A stretch of DNA of 64,000 bases from Deltaproteobacteria bacterium (lineage in GTDB: Bacteria > JAGRBM01 > JAHCIT01): assembly GCA_026129095.1 (NCBI GenBank), contig JAHCIT010000006.1:190235-254234 (forward strand), read 5' to 3'. Shown piece after piece: positions 20,049 through 30,589 of this stretch; positions within the stretch are counted from its first letter, which is position 1, and each line of letters starts with the position of its first letter. The notes under the pieces were generated by a model. The model saw only the letters and a list, made by a program, of their open reading frames with translations, did no database searches and was not told where the DNA came from. The position numbers were made by a program, and so were the translations under genes.

Positions 20049-20296
20049 AAGCACGAGTTTTCGTTACCGTCCGGAAGGATGTACTGGACCCCCAGGGGAA
20101 AGCCGTCGAACGTGCCCTGCATCAGAGCGGTTTTTCGGCTGCCGGTAACGTCCGGATCGGCAAGGTGATCGAGATGAATCTCGATGCCACCAGGGGTCTT
20201 ACCCCCCAGCAGGCAGAGGCAGAACTGAAGAAGATGTGCGAGAAGTTCCTGGCCAATACGGTGATTGAAGACTACCGCGTGGAGATCGAACCCTGA
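20045..20296 (+). CDS. purS: FGAM synthase subunit PurS
   Basis: VLDPQG, VRIGK, LANTVIEDY. Confidence 0.95.
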   Translation: MKARVFVTVRKDVLDPQGKAVERALHQSGFSAAGNVRIGKVIEMNLDATRGLTPQQAEAELKKMCEKFLANTVIEDYRVEIEP

Positions 20297-20979
20297 AAGC
20301 CGCCGTTATCCAGTTCCCCGGCTCCAACGACGACCGGGATACGGTCAACATGCTCCAGTCCGTATACCGCGCCGATGCCCGGCTTGTCTGGCACCAGGAA
20401 ACCTCGCTCGGAGGTGCAGAGCTGGTCATTCTTCCCGGCGGATTTTCCTATGGCGACTACCTTCGCACCGGAGCAATGGCGAAGTTTTCGCCTGTCATGG
20501 ATGCTGTCCGGTCCCATGCCACACAGGGGAAACCGGTTCTTGGTATCTGCAACGGGTTTCAGATCCTGTGTGAAGCAGGACTGCTTCCGGGCGTGCTCAT
20601 ACGAAACCGTCAGCTCAGGTTCATCTGTGACGATGTCCGGTTACGCGTGGAGACCACCGACTCGCCATTTCTGGGAAGCGCGAAAAAGAGCCAGGTTGTC
20701 TCCATGCCCATCAAGCACGGAGAAGGGAACTACTTCGCCGATCCCGAAACGCTGAAGCGGCTCGAAGGAGAGGGACAGGTGGCTTTCCGCTATGTGGATG
20801 CCAGCGGCCAGCCCTCCCCGGAAGCCAATCCGAACGGTTCGCTCAACAACATAGCCGGTATCGTGAGTGCCGGACGGAACATTCTCGGCCTTATGCCCCA
20901 CCCTGAACACGCCTGCGAAAACGTTCTGGGGTCCGAGGGCGGCCGTGTAGTGTTCGATACCCTGATGGGTTCGAGGTAA
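20293..20979 (+). CDS. purQ: FGAM synthase glutaminase subunit PurQ (probable CTG start)
   Basis: KAAVIQFPGSN N-terminus, PGGFSYGDYLR, GICNGFQ, MPHPE. Confidence 0.95.
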   Translation: MKAAVIQFPGSNDDRDTVNMLQSVYRADARLVWHQETSLGGAELVILPGGFSYGDYLRTGAMAKFSPVMDAVRSHATQGKPVLGICNGFQILCEAGLLPGVLIRNRQLRFICDDVRLRVETTDSPFLGSAKKSQVVSMPIKHGEGNYFADPETLKRLEGEGQVAFRYVDASGQPSPEANPNGSLNNIAGIVSAGRNILGLMPHPEHACENVLGSEGGRVVFDTLMGSR

Positions 20980-20985
20980 CCGCCT

Positions 20986-23217
20986 GTGGCCGATCCCGAA
21001 ATCACTCCCGAAATCGTGAAGGAACATGGCCTCACGCCGGATGAATACCAGAAGATCATCAGGTCGCTTGGACGCGAACCCACATGGCCCGAACTGGGTG
21101 TCTTCAGCGTCATGTGGAGTGAGCACTGCTCCTACAAATCATCCCGCGTCCACCTGAAAAAGTTTCCGACGAGCGGTCCCCGCGTCCTTCAGGGTCCGGG
21201 TGAGAATGCCGGCGTGATCGATGCAGGTGATGGCATTGCCCTTGTTTTCAAGATGGAGTCCCACAATCACCCCTCATTTATCGAGCCTTACCAGGGAGCG
21301 GCGACGGGGGTGGGGGGTATCCTCCGTGACGTGTTCACGATGGGTGCCCGCCCTATTGCGAACCTCAATTCGCTCAGGTTCGGCGCACCGGATCACCCCA
21401 AAACGGCTCATCTTCTTTCCGGTGTTGTCTCCGGGATCGGCGGCTATGGAAACTGTGTCGGCGTGGCAACGGTGGGGGGCGAGGTGTATTTCAACCCCTG
21501 TTACAACGGGAACCCTCTCGTAAATGCCTTCACGATGGGCGTTGCCAGAACTGACCGCATCTTCAAGGGGCTGGCCGAGGGCGTCGGCAATCCGGTCATT
21601 TATGTTGGCTCCAAGACCGGCCGGGATGGCATCCACGGTGCCACCATGGCTTCTGAATCGTTCGACGAAACGAGCGGCGAGCGCCGCCCCACTGTCCAGG
21701 TTGGGGATCCGTTCACCGAGAAACTTCTTATTGAAGCGTGTCTGGAACTGATGGCCAAGGACTCGATCGTCGGGATTCAGGACATGGGTGCGGCTGGGCT
21801 CACCAGTTCGTCAGTCGAAATGGCCTCCCGCGCCGGCAGCGGCCTTGAACTCGATATCGACAGGATACCCCGCCGTGAAACCGGCATGACACCTTACGAA
21901 ATCCTGTTATCGGAATCGCAGGAACGGATGCTGATTGTGGCCCGCAAGGGGCGCGAGCAGGAAGTGATCGATATCTTCCGCCGATGGGATCTCGACGTGG
22001 AAATCGTGGGCAAGGTGACCGATTCGGGCCGCTGGGTTGTGACTGAAAATGGCAAGCCTGTCTGCGACATCCCCGTCCCAGTGCTGGTGGACGACGCTCC
22101 GGTTTATAACCGTCCGGTCACTCGCCCTCCATGGCAGGATGAAGTCCAGAAACTGGACCTCGATTCAATCCCCCTCCCCCGGAACTACAACGACGTACTG
22201 CTCAGGCTGCTGGCTTCACCGAATATCTGTTCACGGGAATGGATCTGGCGGCAGTATGACAACTACGTCGGCAAGGCGACAATCCTTCCTTCCGGTTCTG
22301 ATGCCGCACTCGTGAAGTTGCCCGGAGTGAACCGGGCCGCCGGCCTGACGGTGAACTGCAATTCACGCTACTGCTACCTGGACCCACGAACGGGCGGAGC
22401 CATCGCCGTTGCCGAATGCGCCCGGAATCTTGTTGCCTCTGGCTGCGAACCGGTGGCGCTTACAGACTGTCTCAACTTCGGCAATCCCGAACGGCCCGAG
22501 ATCATGTGGCAGTTTGCTGAAGCGATCGAAGGGATGGCCGAAGCCTGCCGGGTTCTGGAAACACCAGTAGTGTCGGGCAACGTGTCCCTCTATAACGAAA
22601 CCCTCGATGTGGGAATTTACCCTACACCGTCCATCGCCATGGTCGGGCTGCTTCAGGATCTTGGACACCGCACCGTACAGTGGTTCCAGAAGCCGGGCGA
22701 CCGGATAGTCCTGATCGGCCGCACACGGGAAGAACTGGGTGGCTCCGAGTATCTCCAGGTGATCCATGGGCTCGAAAAGGGAATGCCCCCGGCACTCGAC
22801 CTTGCTCACGAAAAAGCCGTCCAGAAGGCCGTTCTGGAGGCCATACGGGCCGGGCTGATCCGCTCGGCCCATGACTGCTCCGAAGGCGGGCTTGCCGTGG
22901 CCCTTGCTGAGTGCGGTTTCGGCGACCCTCGCCAGCACGGCGAGCGGCTTCTCGGAGCAGCGATTGAAATCGAAGACTATATCCGCGAGGACGCCCTCCT
23001 GTTCGGCGAATCCCAAAGCCGAATGGTCGTTACCGTGGCCAATGAGACAGATTTCGACCGGTTGCTGGCCATCTGCACCCGGCTGGAAACGGGCTGCCGG
23101 GAGATTGGCGTCGTCCAGGAGGGCACACTGGTGATCAATGGACTTGTCAATGTGCCGGTAAAGGATCTGTACCAGGCCTGGCGAACCCCGATTGCAAAGA
23201 TCGCCGGAGAAAACTAA
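20986..23217 (+). CDS. purL: FGAM synthase subunit PurL
   Basis: [40 protein letters not shown]. Confidence 0.97.
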   Translation: MADPEITPEIVKEHGLTPDEYQKIIRSLGREPTWPELGVFSVMWSEHCSYKSSRVHLKKFPTSGPRVLQGPGENAGVIDAGDGIALVFKMESHNHPSFIEPYQGAATGVGGILRDVFTMGARPIANLNSLRFGAPDHPKTAHLLSGVVSGIGGYGNCVGVATVGGEVYFNPCYNGNPLVNAFTMGVARTDRIFKGLAEGVGNPVIYVGSKTGRDGIHGATMASESFDETSGERRPTVQVGDPFTEKLLIEACLELMAKDSIVGIQDMGAAGLTSSSVEMASRAGSGLELDIDRIPRRETGMTPYEILLSESQERMLIVARKGREQEVIDIFRRWDLDVEIVGKVTDSGRWVVTENGKPVCDIPVPVLVDDAPVYNRPVTRPPWQDEVQKLDLDSIPLPRNYNDVLLRLLASPNICSREWIWRQYDNYVGKATILPSGSDAALVKLPGVNRAAGLTVNCNSRYCYLDPRTGGAIAVAECARNLVASGCEPVALTDCLNFGNPERPEIMWQFAEAIEGMAEACRVLETPVVSGNVSLYNETLDVGIYPTPSIAMVGLLQDLGHRTVQWFQKPGDRIVLIGRTREELGGSEYLQVIHGLEKGMPPALDLAHEKAVQKAVLEAIRAGLIRSAHDCSEGGLAVALAECGFGDPRQHGERLLGAAIEIEDYIREDALLFGESQSRMVVTVANETDFDRLLAICTRLETGCREIGVVQEGTLVINGLVNVPVKDLYQAWRTPIAKIAGEN

Positions 23218-23270
23218 AGAACATCCGTTCAGCCGCGTTACCGGGATTTTTTGACGTTTGGCAGGGCCGG

Positions 23271-24716
23271 ATGGGCGATCACAGTTTCCACGATGAATGC
23301 GGAGTGTTTGGCATCTTCGGACACCCGGAGTCGTCCAACATCGCTTACCTTGGTTTGTACGCGCTCCAGCACCGGGGGCAGGAGTCGGCGGGCATCGTTT
23401 CCAGCGATGGCGAATCACTGCATACCCACCGCGGTATGGGCCTTGTCGCGGATGTATTCAACGAACAGACGTTCAAGAATTTGCCCGGCCAGAGTGCCAT
23501 CGGCCATGTCCGCTACTCGACGACAGGGGCTTCCCATGTCCGGAACGCCCAGCCTTTTGCCATGGACTACCGGCATGGTGCGTTTGCCATGGCCCATAAT
23601 GGCAACATCGTTAACGATGTCCAGCTCCGCCGCGAACTGGAAGATTCCGGCTCGATTTTCCGTACCACGACTGATACCGAAATCATCGCCCATCTGATCG
23701 CAGCCAGTGAGGCCAAAACGACGGCCGGTCGCATCATGGAAGCCCTCGCCCAGGTACAGGGCGCCTACTCGATGGTATTCCTTACCGAAACACGGCTCAT
23801 TGCCAGCCGGGATCCGCTGGGTTTCCGACCGCTGGTGCTAGGCAGCCTGGATGGGGCATGGGTTGTGGCGAGCGAAACTTGCGCCTTCGACCTCATAGGC
23901 GCCCGCTATGAACGTGAGATTGAGCCCGGTGAAACCCTGGAAATCACTGCCAGCGGGCTCACGTCCTACCGGGCTCCCGCCCCGGCCATGCCGCGCCGGT
24001 GCATTTTTGAATACATCTATTTTGCCCGGCCCGATTCGATTCTCTTCGGTGCCAATGTCTACCGGGTCCGGAAATCGCTGGGGTCGCGCCTGGCCGCGGA
24101 GCAGCCGGCGAAAGCGGATATTGTGATCGCAGTTCCCGATTCAGGAGTTCCGGCGGCAATGGGCTTCTCAGAGGCATCGGGCATTCCCTATGAGAACGGC
24201 CTCACCCGGAACCACTACGTCGGCCGTACATTCATCGAGCCGACCCAACAGATCCGCCACTTTGGTGTCAAGATCAAGCTGAACCCGAACCGGGGTGTCC
24301 TGGATGGCAAACGGGTGGTGGTGGTGGACGATTCAATCGTACGGGGCACGACATCACAGAAGCTCGTGAACCTGATTCGCCACGCAGGAGCCACCGAAGT
24401 CCATATGCGGATATCGTCACCCCCCACGACGGGCCCCTGCTTCTATGGAGTAGCCACGCCAACGAAGGAAGAACTCATCGCCTCAAGCCAGTCAGCCGCC
24501 GAGATATGCAAGTTCATCGGCGCTGATTCGCTCGGGTACCTGTCCATCGGCGGCCTCAAGGAGGCTGTTAATCAGGCTGATGGCGGGTTCTGTGATGCCT
24601 GCTTCTCAGGTGACTATCCGGTCACGGTTAATAATTCCGACCGCCGGCAGATGCGGCTGTTCGAGGATATCTCTTCCGGCAGCCGACGATGGCCCCGGGG
24701 CCAGACCGCTGGTTGA
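23271..24716 (+). CDS. purF: Amidophosphoribosyltransferase (Fe-S type with propeptide)
   Basis: ECGVFG, LQHRGQE, GHVRYST, VDDSIVRGTT, Fe-S Cys in CIFE, PCFYG and CDAC. Confidence 0.97.
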   Translation: MGDHSFHDECGVFGIFGHPESSNIAYLGLYALQHRGQESAGIVSSDGESLHTHRGMGLVADVFNEQTFKNLPGQSAIGHVRYSTTGASHVRNAQPFAMDYRHGAFAMAHNGNIVNDVQLRRELEDSGSIFRTTTDTEIIAHLIAASEAKTTAGRIMEALAQVQGAYSMVFLTETRLIASRDPLGFRPLVLGSLDGAWVVASETCAFDLIGARYEREIEPGETLEITASGLTSYRAPAPAMPRRCIFEYIYFARPDSILFGANVYRVRKSLGSRLAAEQPAKADIVIAVPDSGVPAAMGFSEASGIPYENGLTRNHYVGRTFIEPTQQIRHFGVKIKLNPNRGVLDGKRVVVVDDSIVRGTTSQKLVNLIRHAGATEVHMRISSPPTTGPCFYGVATPTKEELIASSQSAAEICKFIGADSLGYLSIGGLKEAVNQADGGFCDACFSGDYPVTVNNSDRRQMRLFEDISSGSRRWPRGQTAG

Positions 24717-24737
24717 GAGAAAGGGAATGTTCCTGTC

Positions 24738-25289
24738 TTGAACGAACGCACACGGTTGCTGGAACTGCTGAAAACCCGGTCTTACGAACGCCGGAAGGTC
24801 AAACTCGCCTCCGGGGCGGAAAGCGACTTCTATATCGACTGCAAACGGGTGACTCTGGATGCGGAAGGTTCGGCCCTTGTCGGCGCTGAACTGCTGAAAA
24901 AAATCCGTGAAGAGACTCCTGGTGTCCAAGCCGTGGGTGGACCGACACTTGGCGCCGACCCCATCGCCACAGCTGTCAGCCTTACTTCGTTCCTCAAAGG
25001 CAGCCCCATGCCCGCCTATATCGTCCGGAAAGAGCCCAAGGGCCACGGGACCGGGCAGTGGATAGAAGGCACCGAAAACATTCCCGCCGGTGCCAAGGTT
25101 GTTCTGGTGGAGGACGTGGTCACTTCCGGCAGTTCCTCCCTGAAGGCCATCAGGCATGTCCGCGATGCGGGATATTCGGTCAACGATGTCTATGTACTCG
25201 TGGATCGTGAAGAAGGCGGCCGCGAAAACCTCGCCCGCGAGGGAGTAACCCTGCACGCACTCTATCGCAAGGGGGATTTTGTCTCGTGA
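24738..25289 (+). CDS. pyrE: Orotate phosphoribosyltransferase
   Basis: LASG..SDFYIDC, RKEPKGHGT, VEDVVTSGSS. Confidence 0.95.
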   Translation: MNERTRLLELLKTRSYERRKVKLASGAESDFYIDCKRVTLDAEGSALVGAELLKKIREETPGVQAVGGPTLGADPIATAVSLTSFLKGSPMPAYIVRKEPKGHGTGQWIEGTENIPAGAKVVLVEDVVTSGSSSLKAIRHVRDAGYSVNDVYVLVDREEGGRENLAREGVTLHALYRKGDFVS

Positions 25290-25939
25290 ACGGGAGGCGC
25301 TGGCTGCTGGGCCTTTCGGCTGCCGGCCTTGCCGGTGGTTGCGCCGAAACCATGACCACCCCGGCAGCCCTGCCCCAGTCTGGACCGGAAGGCGGCAGCA
25401 CGGAGATACGGACAGTTGGCGGCTCCGAACTGGACGCCGCCAGAAACGCCTACTACCGGGCACTGGACAGCGGCACCAGGCGGGTACGCATCCAGGTGGA
25501 CCGGGTGGACACTGCTGCTATCTACTGGGCAACGCTCGAGACCCCCGCCCTCCGCTCTCTGCGCCGCGATGCACTCGCCCTTTACGAGCTCTGGACGCCC
25601 GAACAGCGTGCTGCCGAGAACATCAAGGATACCGAGGTCCATAACGGACGCTGGACCTTCTCCGTCGTCCTTTATACGCAGGATTCCAGGGATAACCTGG
25701 TTTCCCGGTCGGGCAGTTCCGGAGTCCGTGCTTTTCTCCTTACCCAGAACGGGGACCGGCTGGAACCGATCGAGGTGCGAAAGCACGAAACCCCAAGATC
25801 CCGGATCGAATGGCTCTACCCGCACAAAGACCGCTTCTCGACTGTCTGGCAAATCGTCTTCCCTGAACCTCAAAACCCAGGCCCGGTGGAGCTTCAGCTC
25901 ACCGGGCCCGGTTTCGTCAGCGCGACATCCTGGGAGTAG
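25286..25939 (+). CDS. Putative lipoprotein, unknown function
   Basis: RRWLLGLSAAGLAGGC signal/lipobox; GTGA overlap with pyrE. Confidence 0.65.
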   Translation: MNGRRWLLGLSAAGLAGGCAETMTTPAALPQSGPEGGSTEIRTVGGSELDAARNAYYRALDSGTRRVRIQVDRVDTAAIYWATLETPALRSLRRDALALYELWTPEQRAAENIKDTEVHNGRWTFSVVLYTQDSRDNLVSRSGSSGVRAFLLTQNGDRLEPIEVRKHETPRSRIEWLYPHKDRFSTVWQIVFPEPQNPGPVELQLTGPGFVSATSWE

Positions 25940-25966
25940 CGGGAGTTTCAGACCGCCGTCGACAGA

Positions 25967-26593
25967 TCATCCATCATTCACGATCGTGCCGGTCATTGTC
26001 AGGTCACACGACGCACTGGCTATTCCCAGGCTGGACTGGAACTGGAGGGCGACATCCACTGAAAAACCGTCGCCAATAAAAATGTCATCCGCCAGCCGTA
26101 TATCAACCTCGATCCTGCCCGCATCGTCGGTAAAAAACACGGTGGGCAGGGTTTCCGGCGCTGATCCCACCACATTGGCCATCAGGAATGCCCCGCCGGG
26201 GTTGGGACTGTCGTCAATCGCAATCAGCGATGAGAGATAAATCGGTGCCCCTGCAGCCGGAACATTCGTGACATTTCCGTACCGGTCCAGAATCGTGTTA
26301 TTAGCGAAAGTCGTCCTCTGGACCCCGTTCGGCTTGGTCGCCACAACAAATGCCCGTCCAAACAGATACCCCGCAGGCAGCAGGATCACTTCATTCTTCG
26401 TATTCGGATCACCATCACCAGGGATAGCGAAACCCAGGTCAATCGTTGCGCAACTCGCAGCCAGCGATATGCCTGACGAGCCCACACCTGGATCACCGCA
26501 ACTGGCGAGCACAAGAGCCGCCGCCAGGAACGGGGCTGCCGCCAACTGGCGAATCCACTTTCCGCCGGTATGCACTGTTGTTTTCATGGCCAT
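25967..26593 (-). CDS. Putative lipoprotein downstream of pilQ
   Basis: AAGGAG RBS; lipobox LVLASC; beta-rich mature region. Confidence 0.7.
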   Translation of the reverse strand: MAMKTTVHTGGKWIRQLAAAPFLAAALVLASCGDPGVGSSGISLAASCATIDLGFAIPGDGDPNTKNEVILLPAGYLFGRAFVVATKPNGVQRTTFANNTILDRYGNVTNVPAAGAPIYLSSLIAIDDSPNPGGAFLMANVVGSAPETLPTVFFTDDAGRIEVDIRLADDIFIGDGFSVDVALQFQSSLGIASASCDLTMTGTIVNDG

Positions 26594-26643
26594 GGTCTCC
26601 TTGACAGTTCTCACGTACATCTCGTTCCGCTTCCCTGGCTCAC

Positions 26644-29181
26644 TTATTCCATCAGGATAGTCGGGGTGATGAAGAAGAGCAGTTCGGTCCGCTGGTCGCT
26701 GTACCGGTTGGTCCGGAACAGATAGCCCAGCAGCGGAATCTTGCTCAGGTAGGGAATGCCGATTTCGCCAAAGCCGCCGGTATAACGGGCGACACCGCCA
26801 ATAACGGCCGTCTGCCCGTCGCGGACCAGGAGCTGCGACTTGGCTTCATTCTTGTTGATCGCCGGGTTGCCGAATGCGGTCGGAATGCCAGGGTTGATCT
26901 GGTTGTCCGAGATTTCCAGCTTCAGGATTACCGACTTGTCGCTGGTGATCTGCGGGGTCACCTTGATCCCCAGCGTGGCATCCACGAAGGTCGTGGTGAT
27001 CGAACCGCCACGGAAAGTAGTGATCGGTACGGAAACACCCGTCTTGATTTCAGCCTGATTATTGTCGATCACGCTGATCCGGGGCGTGGCGATAATACGG
27101 CTCTGGCCGGTCTGCTCGAATGCCGACAGCACCACGTCCAGATTGAACGATTCCGACAGGGTGCCGAAGCTGAATCCGATCGACTGGCCCGACCGCTGGC
27201 CGACAGCCGTCACGGGCAGGTCCACCAGGAAGTTGTTGCGGAACACGGAATCTCCGAACGAATTGCCCGTGTTCGGGGATGCCAGGAAACGCCCGCCCCA
27301 CTGGATGCCAAACTCGCGCTGGAAGTCGAGTGTCGTCGTGACAACCCGGGCCTCAAGCAGGATCTGGCCTGTCTGGGTGTCGAGAGCCCGCACGGTCTGG
27401 ACGATCTTGTCGATCGCCCGCTGCGTGTCCTGCACGAGCAGGCTGTTGCTGCGCGTATCAACGGAGACAGTGCCCCGGGGCGTCATGATCTGCTTCACGC
27501 GCTCCGACAGTTCGCCTGCATCCGCATAGTTGACCGGGATGATCTGGAACTGGAGCGGCTCAAGCTGCTCCTGCTGCTGGATTGCCGCCAGCCGGGCCTC
27601 TTCCTCGACCTGGAGATCCTTCTTGGGCGCGATCCGGATGACATTCCCCACCCGGCGGCGGCCGAGACCATTGGTTTCCAGAATGATGTCGAGCGCCTGG
27701 TCCCATGGAACGTTCTTGAGAACAATGCTGATATTGCCCTTCACTTCCGGAGAAGCGATCAGGTTGAGCTGGGCAACTTCGGCGATCAGAGAAAGCACGT
27801 CGCGTATATCGGCCTCCCGGAACTCCAGCGACATGCGCGTCCCGGTATATCCCTCGGCAGCAGCGGTAGCCAGGCGACGTCCGCCACCCGCAACCGTGGA
27901 GGCAGAAGCCTCGACAACGCTGTGCGACTGGACTGCCATGCCCGTATCGGCCTGCTCCAGATCCGCTGCCTTGACAGGCGCAGGTGCCGCTTGAGCTGCT
28001 GGTGCCGCAGCCACGACCGCCGCCGGTTTGGCTGACGGCAGTTTCGAAGGCAGGCGGATTGCTACCGTTCCGGCCTTCGGATCTGTTGCAACGGTATGAT
28101 CAACCGGCGAACGCAGCGCAATTTTTACGCGGGTCATCGGCTGGATATTCGTGGTATCGGCAATGGACGTTACCTTCGAGATTGTCGAAGTCGCATCATC
28201 TACAACCTGAACGGACACCAGTTCGGGCGGCATTTCCACGCCGACCATCCGGACTTCAATCTCGTCCGGGGCGGGCTTCGACACATCCGGAGTCACGATC
28301 TTCTCCGCCTTGATCGTCACGGAGACCTGGTCACCCTTGGTCTGGATCGTCACAGCCGTGACTTTCGGGTAGACCGGAGCCGCAGGAGGAGGTGGAGGCG
28401 CTGCCACAACCGGCGCCGGAGCGGGCGGGGGTGGCGGTGCGGCCGGAAGTTCTGGCTCAACCTCAATCAACTCTTCCGCCGCAGCGGTTTCGGCAGGAGC
28501 CGGAGGAGGAGGAGGCAATTCCGAAGGGGTAGCCGCCGGAAGTGCTTCCGGCTCCGGAGGTATATCGACCTGAGCCACCTCTGCAGGGACTGCCGGGAGT
28601 GCTTCGGGTTCCGGGGGAGGCGGCGGCAACTCGTCAGCAACCGGGGCCTCCGGAACGGGTGCAGCCGCCACCGGCGGAGCCGTGAAATCGGAGGGCAACT
28701 GCGGCACCACACCGCCAGCGGCAAGACTGATCAGTATTTTGCCGCCTCGAGCGGTGGCTGCTGGTTCAAAATCCTCGGCTGTCAGCTCGACAATTATCCG
28801 GACCCGATCAGGACTATCCACAACGCGAATGCTGGAGATGAGCTTGCTCGGCCCGGGATCAACGCTCGTAAGACCCGATTCATTTCGCACATTGCGGACA
28901 TCGATGACCAGGCGGGGCGGGCTGTCAAGCGGGTAGTTATCAAACTCGATTTCCCGGCCGTTCGTGTCGATGACGATATCGGAGAAATCTCCCCGCTGTT
29001 CGACCCGGAATCCGGTAACCGCTGTGGCAAAGCCGGATACGTCAGCCTGGGCTACCCAGTTGCCTGGTACCTGCTCACGCGCCGAAAGGTTCAGCAAAGG
29101 AAGCAGTGACACCGCCGCCGCGATGGCAGCGATCCTGCGTGTCCGCCTCTTGAGGCCTGTTGCTGACTGCATTTGTGACAT
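26644..29181 (-). CDS. pilQ: Type IV pilus secretin PilQ
   Basis: AMIN (PPRLVID), SLEFREADIRDVL, VPWDQALD, DGQTAVIGG, IPLLGYLF, ELLFFITP. Confidence 0.95.
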   Translation of the reverse strand: MSQMQSATGLKRRTRRIAAIAAAVSLLPLLNLSAREQVPGNWVAQADVSGFATAVTGFRVEQRGDFSDIVIDTNGREIEFDNYPLDSPPRLVIDVRNVRNESGLTSVDPGPSKLISSIRVVDSPDRVRIIVELTAEDFEPAATARGGKILISLAAGGVVPQLPSDFTAPPVAAAPVPEAPVADELPPPPPEPEALPAVPAEVAQVDIPPEPEALPAATPSELPPPPPAPAETAAAEELIEVEPELPAAPPPPPAPAPVVAAPPPPPAAPVYPKVTAVTIQTKGDQVSVTIKAEKIVTPDVSKPAPDEIEVRMVGVEMPPELVSVQVVDDATSTISKVTSIADTTNIQPMTRVKIALRSPVDHTVATDPKAGTVAIRLPSKLPSAKPAAVVAAAPAAQAAPAPVKAADLEQADTGMAVQSHSVVEASASTVAGGGRRLATAAAEGYTGTRMSLEFREADIRDVLSLIAEVAQLNLIASPEVKGNISIVLKNVPWDQALDIILETNGLGRRRVGNVIRIAPKKDLQVEEEARLAAIQQQEQLEPLQFQIIPVNYADAGELSERVKQIMTPRGTVSVDTRSNSLLVQDTQRAIDKIVQTVRALDTQTGQILLEARVVTTTLDFQREFGIQWGGRFLASPNTGNSFGDSVFRNNFLVDLPVTAVGQRSGQSIGFSFGTLSESFNLDVVLSAFEQTGQSRIIATPRISVIDNNQAEIKTGVSVPITTFRGGSITTTFVDATLGIKVTPQITSDKSVILKLEISDNQINPGIPTAFGNPAINKNEAKSQLLVRDGQTAVIGGVARYTGGFGEIGIPYLSKIPLLGYLFRTNRYSDQRTELLFFITPTILME

Positions 29182-29259
29182 CTCCTGTGTTCCCGGTCTT
29201 GTTCGGTTCCCGAACCTTGCCTGTCATTCGCACGGGGTGACGAAAGTGCTTTCGCCGCC

Positions 29260-29922
29260 CTACATGCTCATTATCGTCGTCACTCTCTGATATGCCCTGA
29301 GATTCTCATCCCAATAGCGTTCTTCAACTTCGATTTCGCCCTCGCGGATCGCCCTGATGCGTCCGCGGTGTTTCCCGATTTTCTGTCCTACCCTGACTGT
29401 CCAGTAGTTGTTCTGGGGATCTTTCAGTTTCGCTCTGGAGTCCCGGATTCCCCAGATGATTCCAAGCACCTTCAGATCCTTGAGCTCGAACAGTTCCAGC
29501 GGCTCCTTCATCTCTTCGCCGCATTCTTCCGGGATGACCGTACCCGGCGGGAGATATTCACCCGGTTCTGGACACTTGATGACCGGCTCACGGTAAGGAA
29601 GGAACGGATCAGGCAGGGATGCATCGTACTGGAATGCCGGCTTGATCTGGACCAGTTCTGGCACGGCTCCGACAATCTGTGTGGTATCAACCGGGACGCC
29701 TGTGGCAGGCGTTGTTTCCGGAATGGCGCCCGCTGGAGGCGCTGCCGGAGCCACCGGTGCAGCCGGTACCGGAGCATCGGGAGTCACAGCCTGGGCTGCC
29801 GGCTCCGTCACCACAGCGGCGGGAGCATCCTGTGCAGCCGGTGCCTGTGCGTTCGCAATGCCCGCAGCGCCTGCGAGCAGGACGATCAAGAAGCTTGTCC
29901 GTATGGAAGCATCGGCGTACAT
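29260..29922 (-). CDS. pilP: Type IV pilus assembly protein PilP
   Basis: DPF, EPLELFELKDLKVLGII, DP...VGQKIGK..G.I..I; position between pilO and pilQ. Confidence 0.88.
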   Translation of the reverse strand: MYADASIRTSFLIVLLAGAAGIANAQAPAAQDAPAAVVTEPAAQAVTPDAPVPAAPVAPAAPPAGAIPETTPATGVPVDTTQIVGAVPELVQIKPAFQYDASLPDPFLPYREPVIKCPEPGEYLPPGTVIPEECGEEMKEPLELFELKDLKVLGIIWGIRDSRAKLKDPQNNYWTVRVGQKIGKHRGRIRAIREGEIEVEERYWDENLRAYQRVTTIMSM

Positions 29923-29925
29923 GGA

Positions 29926-30564
29926 TTACCTGCCTCCCTTCTTCGTTGGCACGGCCTTCTGTTCAGCATCGGTAAGAAACCGGAATGTCGTGGCCGTGAC
30001 GGTGGCCTTGAGCAACGCACCGCTGTCATCGACTGGCTTCAATGTCAGGTTCTCGATGTTGATGATCCGCTGCTGGTTCGCCAGTTCATTAAAGAATATC
30101 CCCAACCCGTGGTAACGGCCTTCCATTTCTAGCGTCAGCGGAATGCTCGCATAGAACTGGATCGGCTTTTCCGCCTGAGGAGCCATCTTGTCAAACCGGA
30201 TTCCGTTATCCTTTCCGATACGGTTTACCTGGTTCATGAATTCGGGGACCTTTGCCTGAAGCGGAAGACGCGTCTGTGCTTCTGCAATTGCCTCACGCAA
30301 ACGGTTGATTTCATCCAGGAACTTGTCTCTCTGGGCCGCCAGCGCCTGCGCTTCAACCAGACGCTCATCCAGCTTCTTGTACTGGCCTTTCAGGCGGGTA
30401 ATCTCGATCTCAGTGGCATCGTAGAGTCCGAAGTGGAAGGCGGCGCTGATTACAGCCACCACAACCACATGGAGCCCGACCTTCTGGCCAACAGGCCACT
30501 TCAGGTAGACATTAAGACCCTTCTTAATGTCTTCGATGGGAAGGTTGTCCAGCACTCCAGCCAT
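29926..30564 (-). CDS. pilO: Type IV pilus assembly protein PilO
   Basis: TM, coiled coil, LP, FYASIP, GRYH.LG.F, RIINI. Confidence 0.9.
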   Translation of the reverse strand: MAGVLDNLPIEDIKKGLNVYLKWPVGQKVGLHVVVVAVISAAFHFGLYDATEIEITRLKGQYKKLDERLVEAQALAAQRDKFLDEINRLREAIAEAQTRLPLQAKVPEFMNQVNRIGKDNGIRFDKMAPQAEKPIQFYASIPLTLEMEGRYHGLGIFFNELANQQRIINIENLTLKPVDDSGALLKATVTATTFRFLTDAEQKAVPTKKGGR

Positions 30565-30589
30565 GACTTCTCTGGTATCCTTCCTGCTC

